Source of the DNA: Alphaproteobacteria bacterium
Lineage (GTDB): Bacteria; Pseudomonadota; Alphaproteobacteria; UBA2136; UBA6156
NCBI GenBank assembly: GCA_036261915.1
Contig: DATAJX010000002.1
Coordinates: forward strand, 22,997-54,996
Direction: 5' to 3'
Length of the DNA: 32,000 bases
Shown here piece by piece: positions 18,288-26,605 of this stretch (its first letter is position 1; the number at the start of each line of letters is the position of its first letter). Position numbers and translations under genes: made by a program. The notes below the pieces were generated by a model. That model was not told where the DNA came from. It was given only the letters and a program-made list of their open reading frames with translations, and searched no databases.

Positions 18288-19667
18288 ATGGCCAATGTAT
18301 CGCTCGGTAGCCAGTCCGATGTCGCCGACCTGCTGGTAAAAGCCAAAGGCTTGCAACAGCGCATCCTGTTCGTCCTGTTCGCGTTCGTCATTTACCGCCT
18401 CGGCACGCACATTCCCCTGCCGGGGGTCGATGCCGCCGCGCTGTCGGCCTACCAGGCCCACCTGCAATCGGGCATCTTCGGCCTGTTCAACATGTTCTCG
18501 GGCGGCGCGTTCGCCCGCATGGCCGTGTTCGCGCTCAACATCATGCCGTACATCACCGCCAGCATCATCCTGCAGCTGGCCTCCAGCACCTACCCCGCGC
18601 TGGCCGAACTGAAAAAGGAAGGCGAACTCGGCCGCCGCAAGATCAACCAGTACACCCGCTACCTCACCGTGGTGCTGGCGTTCGCGCAGGGCTTCGGCCT
18701 CGCCAGCGGCATCGAGCACCAAACTGTGCAGGTGGGCGGCCAGCTCATGCCGCTGGTGCCCGACGCGGGCATGATGTTCCGCCTGCAAACGGCGCTCACC
18801 ATCACCACCGGCACCATGTTCCTCATGTGGCTGGGCGAACAGATCAACACCCGCGGCATCGGCAACGGCGTGTCGCTGCTCATCTTCGCCGGTATCGTGG
18901 CGCAACTTCCGCACTCGGTGGTCAGCATCATCGAAATGGCCCGTACCGGGGCGCTTTCCGGCCTGATGGTCCTGGCCATCCTGCTCGGCAGCGTCGCGGC
19001 CATCATGTTCATCGTGTTCATGGAATCCGCCACCCGCCGCATCCTGCTGCAATACCCCAAGCGCCCGGGCATGGGCGGCGAAATGAGCGCCGAATCCAAC
19101 CACCTGCCGCTCAAGGTCAACCTCGCGGGCGTCATCCCGCCCATCTTCGGCAGCGCGCTGCTCATGGTTCCCATCACGCTGGCCAGCTACGCACCCGCCA
19201 GCCCGTGGGCGCAGTGGGTGGGGCAATACCTCAGCCCCGGCCATGCCGGTTACCTCATCCTGTTCGTGGCGCTCATCATCTTCTTCTCGTTCTTCTATGT
19301 GGCCACGGTCGCCTTCAACCCCGAAGAAACCGCCGACAACCTCAAAAAATCCGGCGCCTTCATCCCCGGCATCCGCCCCGGCCCCAGCACGGCGGGCTAC
19401 CTCGATAACGTCGCCACGCGCCTCACGGTCATCGGCGCGGCGTACCTGGCGTTCATCTGCGCGGTGCCCGACCTGTTGCACCGCAACACCATGATCCCGT
19501 TCTATTTCGGCGGCACGTCGTTGCTGATCATCGTGTCTGTTACCATCGATACCGTCGCGCGCATCCAGTCGGCACTCATTGCCCAAAAGTACGAAAGCCT
19601 GCTCAAGCGCACCGCGCAAGCCGGCAAAACGGGCAGCCTGTTCAGCCGCAGCGGGGGCCGCCGTTAA
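18288..19667 (+). CDS. secY: Preprotein translocase subunit SecY
   Basis: 459 aa, multi-TM, RILFVLFAFVIYRLGTHIPLPGVD...GIGNGVSLLIFAGIV; synteny. Confidence 0.98.
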   Translation: MANVSLGSQSDVADLLVKAKGLQQRILFVLFAFVIYRLGTHIPLPGVDAAALSAYQAHLQSGIFGLFNMFSGGAFARMAVFALNIMPYITASIILQLASSTYPALAELKKEGELGRRKINQYTRYLTVVLAFAQGFGLASGIEHQTVQVGGQLMPLVPDAGMMFRLQTALTITTGTMFLMWLGEQINTRGIGNGVSLLIFAGIVAQLPHSVVSIIEMARTGALSGLMVLAILLGSVAAIMFIVFMESATRRILLQYPKRPGMGGEMSAESNHLPLKVNLAGVIPPIFGSALLMVPITLASYAPASPWAQWVGQYLSPGHAGYLILFVALIIFFSFFYVATVAFNPEETADNLKKSGAFIPGIRPGPSTAGYLDNVATRLTVIGAAYLAFICAVPDLLHRNTMIPFYFGGTSLLIIVSVTIDTVARIQSALIAQKYESLLKRTAQAGKTGSLFSRSGGRR

Positions 19668-19689
19668 TTAAAACGAAAGTCGTTTACGC

Positions 19690-20343
19690 ATGTTCATAGT
19701 GCTGTTCGGCCCTCCGGGCTGCGGAAAGGGGACCCAGGCCGCCACCCTCTCACGGCACTTCAACCTGCCAAGCCTGTCCACCGGCGACATGCTGCGCACC
19801 GTCGCCACCGAAGGCACGCCGCGCGGCAACGCCATCAAATACCTCATCGACGAGGGCTACCTGGTGCCCGACGAACTGGTCAACCACATGGTCTTCAACC
19901 ACATCGAGTCCGCGCCCGCGTGCAAAAACGGCGCCATCTTCGACGGCTACCCCCGCACCGCCGAGCAGGCCAAGGCGCTCGACGCCTTCCTCACCACCAT
20001 CGGCAAAAAGGTCGATTACATCATCGACTTCGACGTGAACATGGATGAACTGGTCGAACGCCGCGCGGGTCGCCTCTATGCGCCCACCAGCAAGCGGGTC
20101 TACCACGAAACCTTCAACCCGCCCCAGGTGCCGGGCATCGACGACGAAACCGGCGAACCGCTCATCCACCGCAAGGACGACCAGCCCGACGTCGTGCGCC
20201 ACCGGCTCGAACAATACGAAGCGCTTTGCAAGCCGGTGCTCGATTATTACCGCCAAACCCGCAAGGTGAACGAGGTCAACGGCATGGCCGCCATCGGCAG
20301 CGTCACCCAGCAATTGCTTGACATCATCAAGCCCACGGCCTAA
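19690..20343 (+). CDS. adk: Adenylate kinase (long-lid, no zinc cysteines)
   Basis: [17 protein letters not shown] (P-loop)...[11 protein letters not shown]...[13 protein letters not shown]. Confidence 0.97.
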   Translation: MFIVLFGPPGCGKGTQAATLSRHFNLPSLSTGDMLRTVATEGTPRGNAIKYLIDEGYLVPDELVNHMVFNHIESAPACKNGAIFDGYPRTAEQAKALDAFLTTIGKKVDYIIDFDVNMDELVERRAGRLYAPTSKRVYHETFNPPQVPGIDDETGEPLIHRKDDQPDVVRHRLEQYEALCKPVLDYYRQTRKVNEVNGMAAIGSVTQQLLDIIKPTA

Positions 20344-20354
20344 TTCCACACCAC

Positions 20355-20630
20355 ATGGCTAAAACAGACGTAATCGAATTCGACGGCGTGGTCACCTCCG
20401 CGCTCCCCAACACCTTGTTCAAGGTCAAGCTCGATAATGGGCCCGAGGTACTCGCCCACATCGCCGGCAAAATGCGCCAGAACAACATCCGCATCCTCGA
20501 AGGCGACCGCGTCAAGGTTGAAATGACGCCGTACGACCTCACCAAGGGCCGCATCACTTTCCGCGAACGCCTGGGCGCCCCGCCGGTGCCGGGCATGACC
20601 CCGGGCGCCCCGCCGCGCCGCCGCCGCTAA
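20355..20630 (+). CDS. infA: Translation initiation factor IF-1 with 19-aa Pro/Arg-rich C-terminal tail
   Basis: [70 protein letters not shown] (S1-like IF-1 core), then [21 protein letters not shown]. Confidence 0.95.
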   Translation: MAKTDVIEFDGVVTSALPNTLFKVKLDNGPEVLAHIAGKMRQNNIRILEGDRVKVEMTPYDLTKGRITFRERLGAPPVPGMTPGAPPRRRR

Positions 20631-20635
20631 GCGCC

Positions 20636-21775
20636 ATGCGCAAGGCTGCCGTCCTTTCCGGTGCACTCTGCCTGCTGGCCACACCCGCCTTTGCGGTCAA
20701 CCTCGAATTCTACGGGCAGGTCAACAAAGGCATCTATGGCTTCAACGACGGCGCCAACACCAACACCGTGGTGGTCGATAACGACCTCTCGTCCTCGCGC
20801 TTCGGCCTGAAGGGCGAGCAACTGCTCGACAGCGGCCTCACCGCCAGCTTCCTGCTCGAAAGCCAGTTCAGCAGCAACAATTCCAACTCGGCCACCTCGG
20901 GCTTCCGCCAGAACAACACCGCGGGCCAAAGCACCACGCCGCTGTCCAGCCCGGCCAATTCGTTCGCCGAGCGGCAGGCGCGGGTCGGGCTGGCGGGCGG
21001 CTGGGGCGCGGTGTTTCTCGGCCAGCAAAGCACGGCGATAGACGGCGTGCGCGACCAAGACCTCGCCGGCGCCCGCGACGTGATGACACCCGACTACGGC
21101 AAAATAGGCAACGGCGCGCTGTTCCGCACCAGCGGCGGGGCTTTCACGGCCTATTCGGTCGGCACCGAAGACATGCCCGTCAGCAGCAACCGCGCCCCGG
21201 CGCTGCGCTACGATACCCCCATTTTCAGCGGCTTCCAGGGCCGGGTCGCGGCCATGCAGGGCGGCGATGCCGATGCCTCGATGGTCTACGCGGGCAGTCT
21301 GCTGGGGCTTAAATCCAAGGCAGGCCTCGGTTTTGCCGTGAACAACGACGAAGCCGGCACTTTCCCGCTGGCCGCCGCCAACAATAACCGTATCACCACC
21401 CGCACCGACGCCAGCTTCAGCCTGGCCCACAGCAGCGGGGTGGCCGCCACCGTGGCCTACAACCGCCTCGGCCTCACCAACCGGCTGCCCGGTTCGCACA
21501 CCCCCAGCAGCCTGTACGGCAAGCTGGGTTATGCGTGGAGCAGTTACGAGGTCGCCGCCGACTACGGCGTCAACAACCACTACGGCCAAGTCGGCAGCGC
21601 CGCCGCGGTGCCTGCCACCGACAAGCTTTCCGCCTGGGGCCTCGCCGCCCAGTACAACATGGGGCAGGGGGTCAGCGTGGCGGCCCTGTACCGCAACTTC
21701 AGCCTCAACCGCAGCGATGCGCCGGGCCTGTCCGACATCGACATCTTCGGGGCCAATCTTAAAGTAAAGTTCTAG
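20636..21775 (+). CDS. Outer-membrane porin (Gram-negative porin-type beta-barrel)
   Basis: Signal peptide MRKAAVLSGALCLLATPAFA, then VNLEFYGQVNKG...SRFGLKGE, typical of a porin N-terminus. Alternating strand pattern, C-terminal ...LKVKF. Confidence 0.75.
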   Translation: MRKAAVLSGALCLLATPAFAVNLEFYGQVNKGIYGFNDGANTNTVVVDNDLSSSRFGLKGEQLLDSGLTASFLLESQFSSNNSNSATSGFRQNNTAGQSTTPLSSPANSFAERQARVGLAGGWGAVFLGQQSTAIDGVRDQDLAGARDVMTPDYGKIGNGALFRTSGGAFTAYSVGTEDMPVSSNRAPALRYDTPIFSGFQGRVAAMQGGDADASMVYAGSLLGLKSKAGLGFAVNNDEAGTFPLAAANNNRITTRTDASFSLAHSSGVAATVAYNRLGLTNRLPGSHTPSSLYGKLGYAWSSYEVAADYGVNNHYGQVGSAAAVPATDKLSAWGLAAQYNMGQGVSVAALYRNFSLNRSDAPGLSDIDIFGANLKVKF

Positions 21776-21780
21776 CAGCC

Positions 21781-22398
21781 ATGCTGCTGTTCGCCACCTC
21801 CAACCCGGGCAAATTCAAACGGTTCTGCGACGAACTCGCCCCCTACGGCCTTGCCGCCAGCCAAAACCCGCTCAACCTGATGGAACCGCAGGAAACCGAG
21901 ATCCCCGACGTGGCCGCCCACAAGGCCCGCCAGGCCTTCGTCCTTACCGGCAAACCGGTGGTGGTCGAAGACAGCGGCCTGTGCATCCCGGCGCTCAACA
22001 ACTTCCCCGAAGCGCTCACCAAACCGGTGCTGCAACGGCTGGGGCTGCCCGGCTTCCTTAAAATCCTCGAGGGGCTGGAAGACCGCCGCTGCTTCTTCAT
22101 CAGCTGCGTGGGCTATGCCATGGCCGACGGCACGGTCGGCACCATCGCCTCCACGCACGAAACCGGCGAACTGCTGGCCGCCCCGGTGGGCGCCCAGCGC
22201 GATTTCGCCTGGTCGGCGCTGTCCTACGTCTTCAAACCCACCAATTTCCCCACCAGCATGGCCGATTTCACCCCGGCCCAAACCGAGGCCCTGTTCGCCG
22301 AATGGCGGCCCCACAACGTGTTCAACCGCTTCGCCCGGTTCGCCAGCCAAAACCGCGAGGCCTTCGGCCTGCCGGGGGCCAATAGTGCAGCGGCCTAG
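21781..22398 (+). CDS. Ham1/RdgB-family (ITPase-like) NTP pyrophosphatase, divergent
   Basis: LLFATSNPGKFKRF (ATxNxxK motif) and VVVEDSGLCIPALNNFP (DDSGL-like). The distal FGYDPIF and SHR motifs are not conserved. Confidence 0.55.
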   Translation: MLLFATSNPGKFKRFCDELAPYGLAASQNPLNLMEPQETEIPDVAAHKARQAFVLTGKPVVVEDSGLCIPALNNFPEALTKPVLQRLGLPGFLKILEGLEDRRCFFISCVGYAMADGTVGTIASTHETGELLAAPVGAQRDFAWSALSYVFKPTNFPTSMADFTPAQTEALFAEWRPHNVFNRFARFASQNREAFGLPGANSAAA

Positions 22399-22430
22399 TC
22401 CCTCAATCCTTTCAAATGCTTCTTTAAGTG

Positions 22431-22597
22431 GCCTTATGCTGTACCTTCGGCAGCCCCCCCTTGGCCTCCGGCTCGGGGGTGGCCGCCCTGCGGGCGGCTT
22501 CCACCCTTATTAAATCCGCCTTCGGCGGATGGCGCTCGCGCGTCCAAAGCCGCGGGCCCTGTCAAGCCGCCCCAAAAGGCGGCTTGACAGGGCCCGC
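22431..22597 (+). repeat. Multi-hairpin repeat element, copy 2 (full length), ending in a perfect 20-bp hairpin
   Basis: GCCTTATGCT-hairpin...GCTCGG-hairpin-CCTTATTAAATCCGCCTTCGGCGGATGGCGCTCGCGCGTCCAAAGCC. This is followed by GCGGGCCCTGTCAAGCCGCC-CCAAAA-GGCGGCTTGACAGGGCCCGC (22552-22597). Confidence 0.85.
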
Positions 22598-22684
22598 AAT
22601 TTATTGTTTACCCCCTTGTCAAACAGTCACAAGCCCGCTAAAAGGCCGCGATTGTTAACGTTAACCCAATGAGTTAGAGGCCCC

Positions 22685-22852
22685 ATGCGCTATATTTCTT
22701 CCATCAACGCCGAAAAAAAGCGTGACCGGAAACTGCAAACGGTCTCGCGCCGCCGTAACAAGGCTGGCCAATTCCTGGGCCGTGTTCGCATCGTCATGCG
22801 CGACAAACGTACCAACGGCAAAGCCGGCCGGTACAGCGTCACGCAAGGCTAG
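22685..22852 (+). CDS. rpmJ: Divergent, cysteine-free, elongated L36-like ribosomal protein (55 aa)
   Basis: Too short for the ORF track. ATG at 22685 after AGAGG. MRYISSINAEKKRDRKLQTVSRRRNKAGQFLGRVRIVMRDKRTNGKAGRYSVTQG aligns by eye to MK.xSSLKxxKxRxxxxxxVRRxGRxYVIxKxxPxxKARQG with two insertions. It occupies the rpmJ position 39 nt upstream of rpsM. Confidence 0.55.
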   Translation: MRYISSINAEKKRDRKLQTVSRRRNKAGQFLGRVRIVMRDKRTNGKAGRYSVTQG

Positions 22853-22891
22853 TTGTAAAATTATTAATAAATACGAAGGGGTGTAGCTCGC

Positions 22892-23290
22892 ATGGCTCGT
22901 ATCGCGGGTGTTAATATTCCTACCGACAAAAAAGTATGGGTGGCTCTCACCTATATTTACGGGGTGGGTCCTAAAATCAGCCAGATCATTCTGGAAAAAG
23001 CCAAGGTAGACGCCGACAAGCGCGTCCACACGCTGTCCGACGACGAAGTCGCCCGCATCCGTAACGTCATCGAAGCCGACATCACTGTCGAAGGTGACCT
23101 GCGCCGCGCCATTTCGCTCAACATCAAGCGCCTCATGGACCTCAACAGCTACCGTGGCCTGCGCCACCGCCGCAGCCTGCCTGTCCGTGGCCAGCGCACC
23201 CACAGCAACGCCCGTACCCGCAAGGGTCCGCGCGGCAGCCGCAAGCCGGGTACCACCGGCGGTGCCAAACCCGCAGCCGCAGCCAAGTAA
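22892..23290 (+). CDS. rpsM: 30S ribosomal protein S13
   Basis: [26 protein letters not shown]...[24 protein letters not shown]. Confidence 0.98.
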   Translation: MARIAGVNIPTDKKVWVALTYIYGVGPKISQIILEKAKVDADKRVHTLSDDEVARIRNVIEADITVEGDLRRAISLNIKRLMDLNSYRGLRHRRSLPVRGQRTHSNARTRKGPRGSRKPGTTGGAKPAAAAK

Positions 23291-23308
23291 TTTAGGGGAT
23301 AACAGAGC

Positions 23309-23743
23309 ATGAACAAACCTGTCGAACAGGCCGCCGCCGCCACCAAGGCCCCGGCAACCCCCGCAGCCGCCGCCCGCAAGCGCGCCGGCAAAAAAAACGT
23401 CCTGAGCGCCATCGCGCACATCAACAGCACGTTTAACAACACCATCATCACCATCGCCGACGCGCAGGGCAACAGCCTGTCGTGGAGCAGCGCTGGCCAG
23501 CAAGGCTTCAAGGGTTCCCGCAAGGGCACCCCGTTCGCCGCGCAGCTGGCTGCCGAAGCCGCCGGCCGCACCGCCCGCGAACACGGCGTCCGCACGCTCG
23601 ACGTCATGCTCAAGGGCCCGGGTTCGGGCCGCGAAAGCGCGCTGCGTGCCCTGCAAAGCCTGGGCTTCGACATCGTGGCCATCCGCGACGTCACATCGGT
23701 GCCGCACAACGGCTGCCGCCCGCGCAAGCGCCGTCGTGTCTAA
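23309..23743 (+). CDS. rpsK: 30S ribosomal protein S11 (Ala-rich N-terminal extension)
   Basis: [28 protein letters not shown]...[14 protein letters not shown]...[18 protein letters not shown]. Confidence 0.98.
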   Translation: MNKPVEQAAAATKAPATPAAAARKRAGKKNVLSAIAHINSTFNNTIITIADAQGNSLSWSSAGQQGFKGSRKGTPFAAQLAAEAAGRTAREHGVRTLDVMLKGPGSGRESALRALQSLGFDIVAIRDVTSVPHNGCRPRKRRRV

Positions 23744-23837
23744 CGCTTCATAAGCACACCGCCCGCGCGAGCGGTTAATCGCGCACCGCTTTTTGTTTAA
23801 ACGTTTGGGGTAGGGAATAGAGAAGGAGTAAGTGCAC

Positions 23838-24860
23838 ATGCAAATTCAATCCAATTGGAAAGAACTCATTAAACCCAGCAAGGTGGCCCTCAATGCCGGC
23901 AGCGACGCCCGCAAAACCGCCAGCTTCACCATCGAGCCGCTCGAACGCGGTTTCGGCCACACCCTCGGCAACAGCCTGCGCCGCATCCTGCTGTCCAGCC
24001 TGCAAGGCGCCGCGGTCACCGGCATTAAAATCGATGGCGTCCTGCACGAATTCTCGGCTCTGCCGGGCGTAATGGAAGACGTCACCGAGATCATCCTCAA
24101 CCTCAAGGCCCTGGCCGTGCGCAGCCACGCCACCGAGCCCAAAACCATCACCATCAGCAAAAAGGGCGCAGGCCCCGTCACCGCGGCCGACATCCAGCTG
24201 GGCCACGACATCGAGATCGTCGACCCCAACCACGTCATCGCCACCCTCGGCAGTACCGGCGAGCTGAAAATGGAAATGACCGTCGGCACCGGCAAGGGCT
24301 ACAGCAGCGCCGCCGACCGTAAAATGGGCGAAGAAACCCGCCAGCCCGGCAGCATCCTCACCGACGCCATCTACAGCCCGGTCCGCCGCGTCAGCTTCAA
24401 GGTGTCCGACGCCCGCGTCGGCCAGGTCACCGACTACGACAAGCTCACCATGGATATCGAAACCAACGGCGTGGTCGCGCCCGAAGACGCGCTGGCCTTC
24501 GCCGCCCGTATCCTGCAAGACCAGCTCAGCGTGTTCATCAACTTCGAAGACATCGCCGAAGAACAGGCCGGCAAGGGCGAGGTCATCGACATCAACCCGC
24601 ACCTGCTGATGAAGGTCGACGAACTCGAACTGTCCGTCCGCAGCGCCAACTGCCTGAAGAACGAAAACATCGTCTACATCGGCGACCTCGTCCAGCGCGG
24701 CGAAAGCGAAATGCTGAAAACCCCCAATTTCGGCCGTAAATCGCTCAACGAGATCAAGGACGTCTTGGGCCAGATGGGCCTGGGCCTGGGTATGAAGCTG
24801 GAAAACTGGCCGCCCGAAAACATTGAAGATCTCGCCATGCGGATCAACAAACAGATGTAA
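23838..24860 (+). CDS. rpoA: DNA-directed RNA polymerase subunit alpha
   Basis: ATG at 23838, 9 nt after [21 protein letters not shown]...[12 protein letters not shown]...C-terminal domain [21 protein letters not shown]. No rpsD between rpsK and rpoA. Confidence 0.98.
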   Translation: MQIQSNWKELIKPSKVALNAGSDARKTASFTIEPLERGFGHTLGNSLRRILLSSLQGAAVTGIKIDGVLHEFSALPGVMEDVTEIILNLKALAVRSHATEPKTITISKKGAGPVTAADIQLGHDIEIVDPNHVIATLGSTGELKMEMTVGTGKGYSSAADRKMGEETRQPGSILTDAIYSPVRRVSFKVSDARVGQVTDYDKLTMDIETNGVVAPEDALAFAARILQDQLSVFINFEDIAEEQAGKGEVIDINPHLLMKVDELELSVRSANCLKNENIVYIGDLVQRGESEMLKTPNFGRKSLNEIKDVLGQMGLGLGMKLENWPPENIEDLAMRINKQM

Positions 24861-24869
24861 TCGCTTAAA

Positions 24870-24892
24870 AGCCCCGGAAACGGGGCTTTTTT
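24870..24892 (+). terminator. Intrinsic terminator after rpoA
   Basis: AGCCCCG-GAAA-CGGGGCT followed by TTTTT, 9 nt after the rpoA stop. Confidence 0.85.
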
Positions 24893-24988
24893 AATGGACG
24901 AAAGCCCTTGAAATCCGGTAAATCCGCCCCACCTCAACCCTCTGACTATCCATCTGTATCGTTTTTCACAGCCAAAAGGAGGCCTTCC

Positions 24989-25948
24989 ATGGCCAGTTTT
25001 GTCGAAGAGCACAACAAACTGTACGACCCCTACCACCAGATCCGGAAGTGCAAGAACATCATCCTCGATGCCGACCGGCTTTACCGGCAGGTCAAGCTCG
25101 ATCCGTTCAAGCACCTGCTCGACCATCTCCCCGAGCTGGAAAAGGCCACCAAAATGGCCGAATTCCACCTCGGCAAGGCTCAAAACGCCTTCGATATGCT
25201 CGAGCCGGAGCAACAGCAGGCCATCACTTACAACTTCTCTAACGAAGTTGCGCTGGTCGAGCCGCTGGTCCAGCAGCTGCGCACCCTGCTCAACGGGGCC
25301 AGCCTCATGGCATTCGCGCTCGAAAGCGTGGGCACCCTCACGCTCGACAAGGAACTGGTCGACCAGATGCGCAGCAGCATCGGCCGCGCCAGTCTGCAGG
25401 TCATCCGCACACCCGAGGCACAGGCGCCCCGGCTGCCGGCGCCTGCCATGCTCGACCTGAAGGCCAACCCGCCCGAAAGCTTCGAACAGGAACCCCTGGT
25501 GATCGCCGAATCCGCCCCCGAAGACGATGCCGACACCTTCTACGTCGACAGGCTCGAAAACCCCTGGGTTTCGGAACCTGCCGGTATCGTCCCGGTCGCC
25601 GAACCGGTGGCCGAATCACCAGCCATTGCCCAGGTGCTGGGTCACATGGAAGCCCTGTTCGAGCCTTTGCCCGAGCGGCAGCAGGTCATCGATATCGACG
25701 TTCCGGCCTCCAGTCCGGTCGCCGATATCACCCACGTCGGCGTCGCCTATATCAACGACGACCCGCCGCGCGAAGGCCGCTTCGGCCAAGGGCCCCAGCG
25801 TCACCGTTCGCGGTACGATGTGACCCCGCAAGACATGATGCCCGGCCGGCCCAACGCGGTGGTACGCCTTGCCCCCCGGGCCGAAAGGCAGGGCAGGCAG
25901 GAAATCTCCCGTCCCAAAAAGCGCTGGTCACTCTTCCGGCGCGCCTGA
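24989..25948 (+). CDS. Hypothetical protein, 319 aa (helical N-domain, acidic/Pro-rich middle, basic C-terminus)
   Basis: ATG at 24989 is 6 nt after AAAGGAGG. The ORF-track frame 24908..25948 starts at a TTG. No recognisable domain. Confidence 0.55.
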   Translation: MASFVEEHNKLYDPYHQIRKCKNIILDADRLYRQVKLDPFKHLLDHLPELEKATKMAEFHLGKAQNAFDMLEPEQQQAITYNFSNEVALVEPLVQQLRTLLNGASLMAFALESVGTLTLDKELVDQMRSSIGRASLQVIRTPEAQAPRLPAPAMLDLKANPPESFEQEPLVIAESAPEDDADTFYVDRLENPWVSEPAGIVPVAEPVAESPAIAQVLGHMEALFEPLPERQQVIDIDVPASSPVADITHVGVAYINDDPPREGRFGQGPQRHRSRYDVTPQDMMPGRPNAVVRLAPRAERQGRQEISRPKKRWSLFRRA

Positions 25949-25956
25949 TAAAAAAA

Positions 25957-25982
25957 GCCCCCCTCTCACGAGGGGGGCTTTT
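25957..25982 (+). terminator. Intrinsic terminator after the 319-aa ORF
   Basis: GCCCCCCTC-TCAC-GAGGGGGGC followed by TTTT. Confidence 0.8.
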
Positions 25983-25996
25983 GCCATGCAGGCCGT

Positions 25997-26150
25997 GTTC
26001 AAACAAAGGGGTGGGGCAATCACGCCAAAGGCGTGTTTCCTAAGCGGGGGCCGTAGCGCGAAAAGGCAGGCACAGCCGGCCAGCGCCAAAGGCCCTTAAA
26101 ATAAGGGCTCCCTTGCGAGAGCCCGGCAATGTTCAAACAAGGGGGTGGGG
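25997..26150 (+). repeat. Pair of 20-nt direct repeats GTTCAAACAA(A/G)GGGGTGGGG, 134 nt apart
   Basis: Copies at 25997-26016 and 26131-26150. Several short hairpins lie between and after them (26091-26108, 26105-26124, 26231-26250). Confidence 0.7.
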
Positions 26151-26286
26151 GCAGGGGCCCCCGTAAATCCGGGCCTTGGCAGCAAACCCCTCCGCTGCTT
26201 TTGGCCTTTGCCGCTAAAAATAACCGCTCCATTCCCGCGAAGGCGGGAATCCAGTAGTCCTGTCCAAGCCCTCCTGCTGTCGGGCT

Positions 26287-26420
26287 GCCTTATGCTACGC
26301 ATTCGGCATAGCACCCTCCGCCTCTGGCTCGGTTGCGGCGCCCCTTCGGGTCGCTTACTCGCCCTTATGAAATTCGCCGTTCGGCGAATGGCGCTCGCGC
26401 GTCCAAAGTGCCTTCGGCAG
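26287..26420 (+). repeat. Multi-hairpin repeat element, copy 3 (full length)
   Basis: GCCTTATGCTACGCATTCGGCATAGC...GCTCGG...CCTTATGAAATTCGCCGTTCGGCGAATGGCGCTCGCGCGTCCAAAGTGCCTTCGGCA. The central stem is TTCGCC/GGCGAA, against TCCGCC/GGCGGA in copies 1 and 2 (a compensatory change). Confidence 0.85.
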
Positions 26421-26429
26421 GCCCTATGG

Positions 26430-26576
26430 CTAGCCTTCCTCGTCCTCGCCCCACAGCCACAAAATGCCGGTGGCCATGCATTGGAACATCCCCACCGGGC
26501 GGGCTTTCTTGTCCACCAGGTTGCTCCAGGTCAGCACCGGCAGGGTGTCGGCGGTCATGTTGGGGTTGTAGGTCAT
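26430..26576 (-). CDS. Candidate 48-aa micro-ORF downstream of the S24 peptidase gene
   Basis: Not in the ORF track (under 60 aa). Translated by hand as MTYNPNMTADTLPVLTWSNLVDKKARPVGMFQCMATGILWLWGEDEEG. AAGGAAG RBS, 29 nt after the upstream stop. Third-codon positions are almost all G/C, as in neighbouring genes. Confidence 0.4.
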   Translation of the reverse strand: MTYNPNMTADTLPVLTWSNLVDKKARPVGMFQCMATGILWLWGEDEEG

Positions 26577-26605
26577 GGGTTTCTTCCTTCTTTTTTCTTA
26601 ATCTA

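Noticed and set aside
13789-19619. Long minus-strand ORFs 13789..14892, 15106..15876, 16442..17524 and 18177..19619
   Set aside because: Same high-GC antisense artefact, opposite the spc-operon genes and secY.
20627-24602. Minus-strand ORFs 20627..21589, 21772..22350, 22661..23839 and 23775..24602
   Set aside because: They are antisense to the porin, Ham1-like, rpsM/rpsK and rpoA genes, which have clear motifs. Their composition is artefactual.
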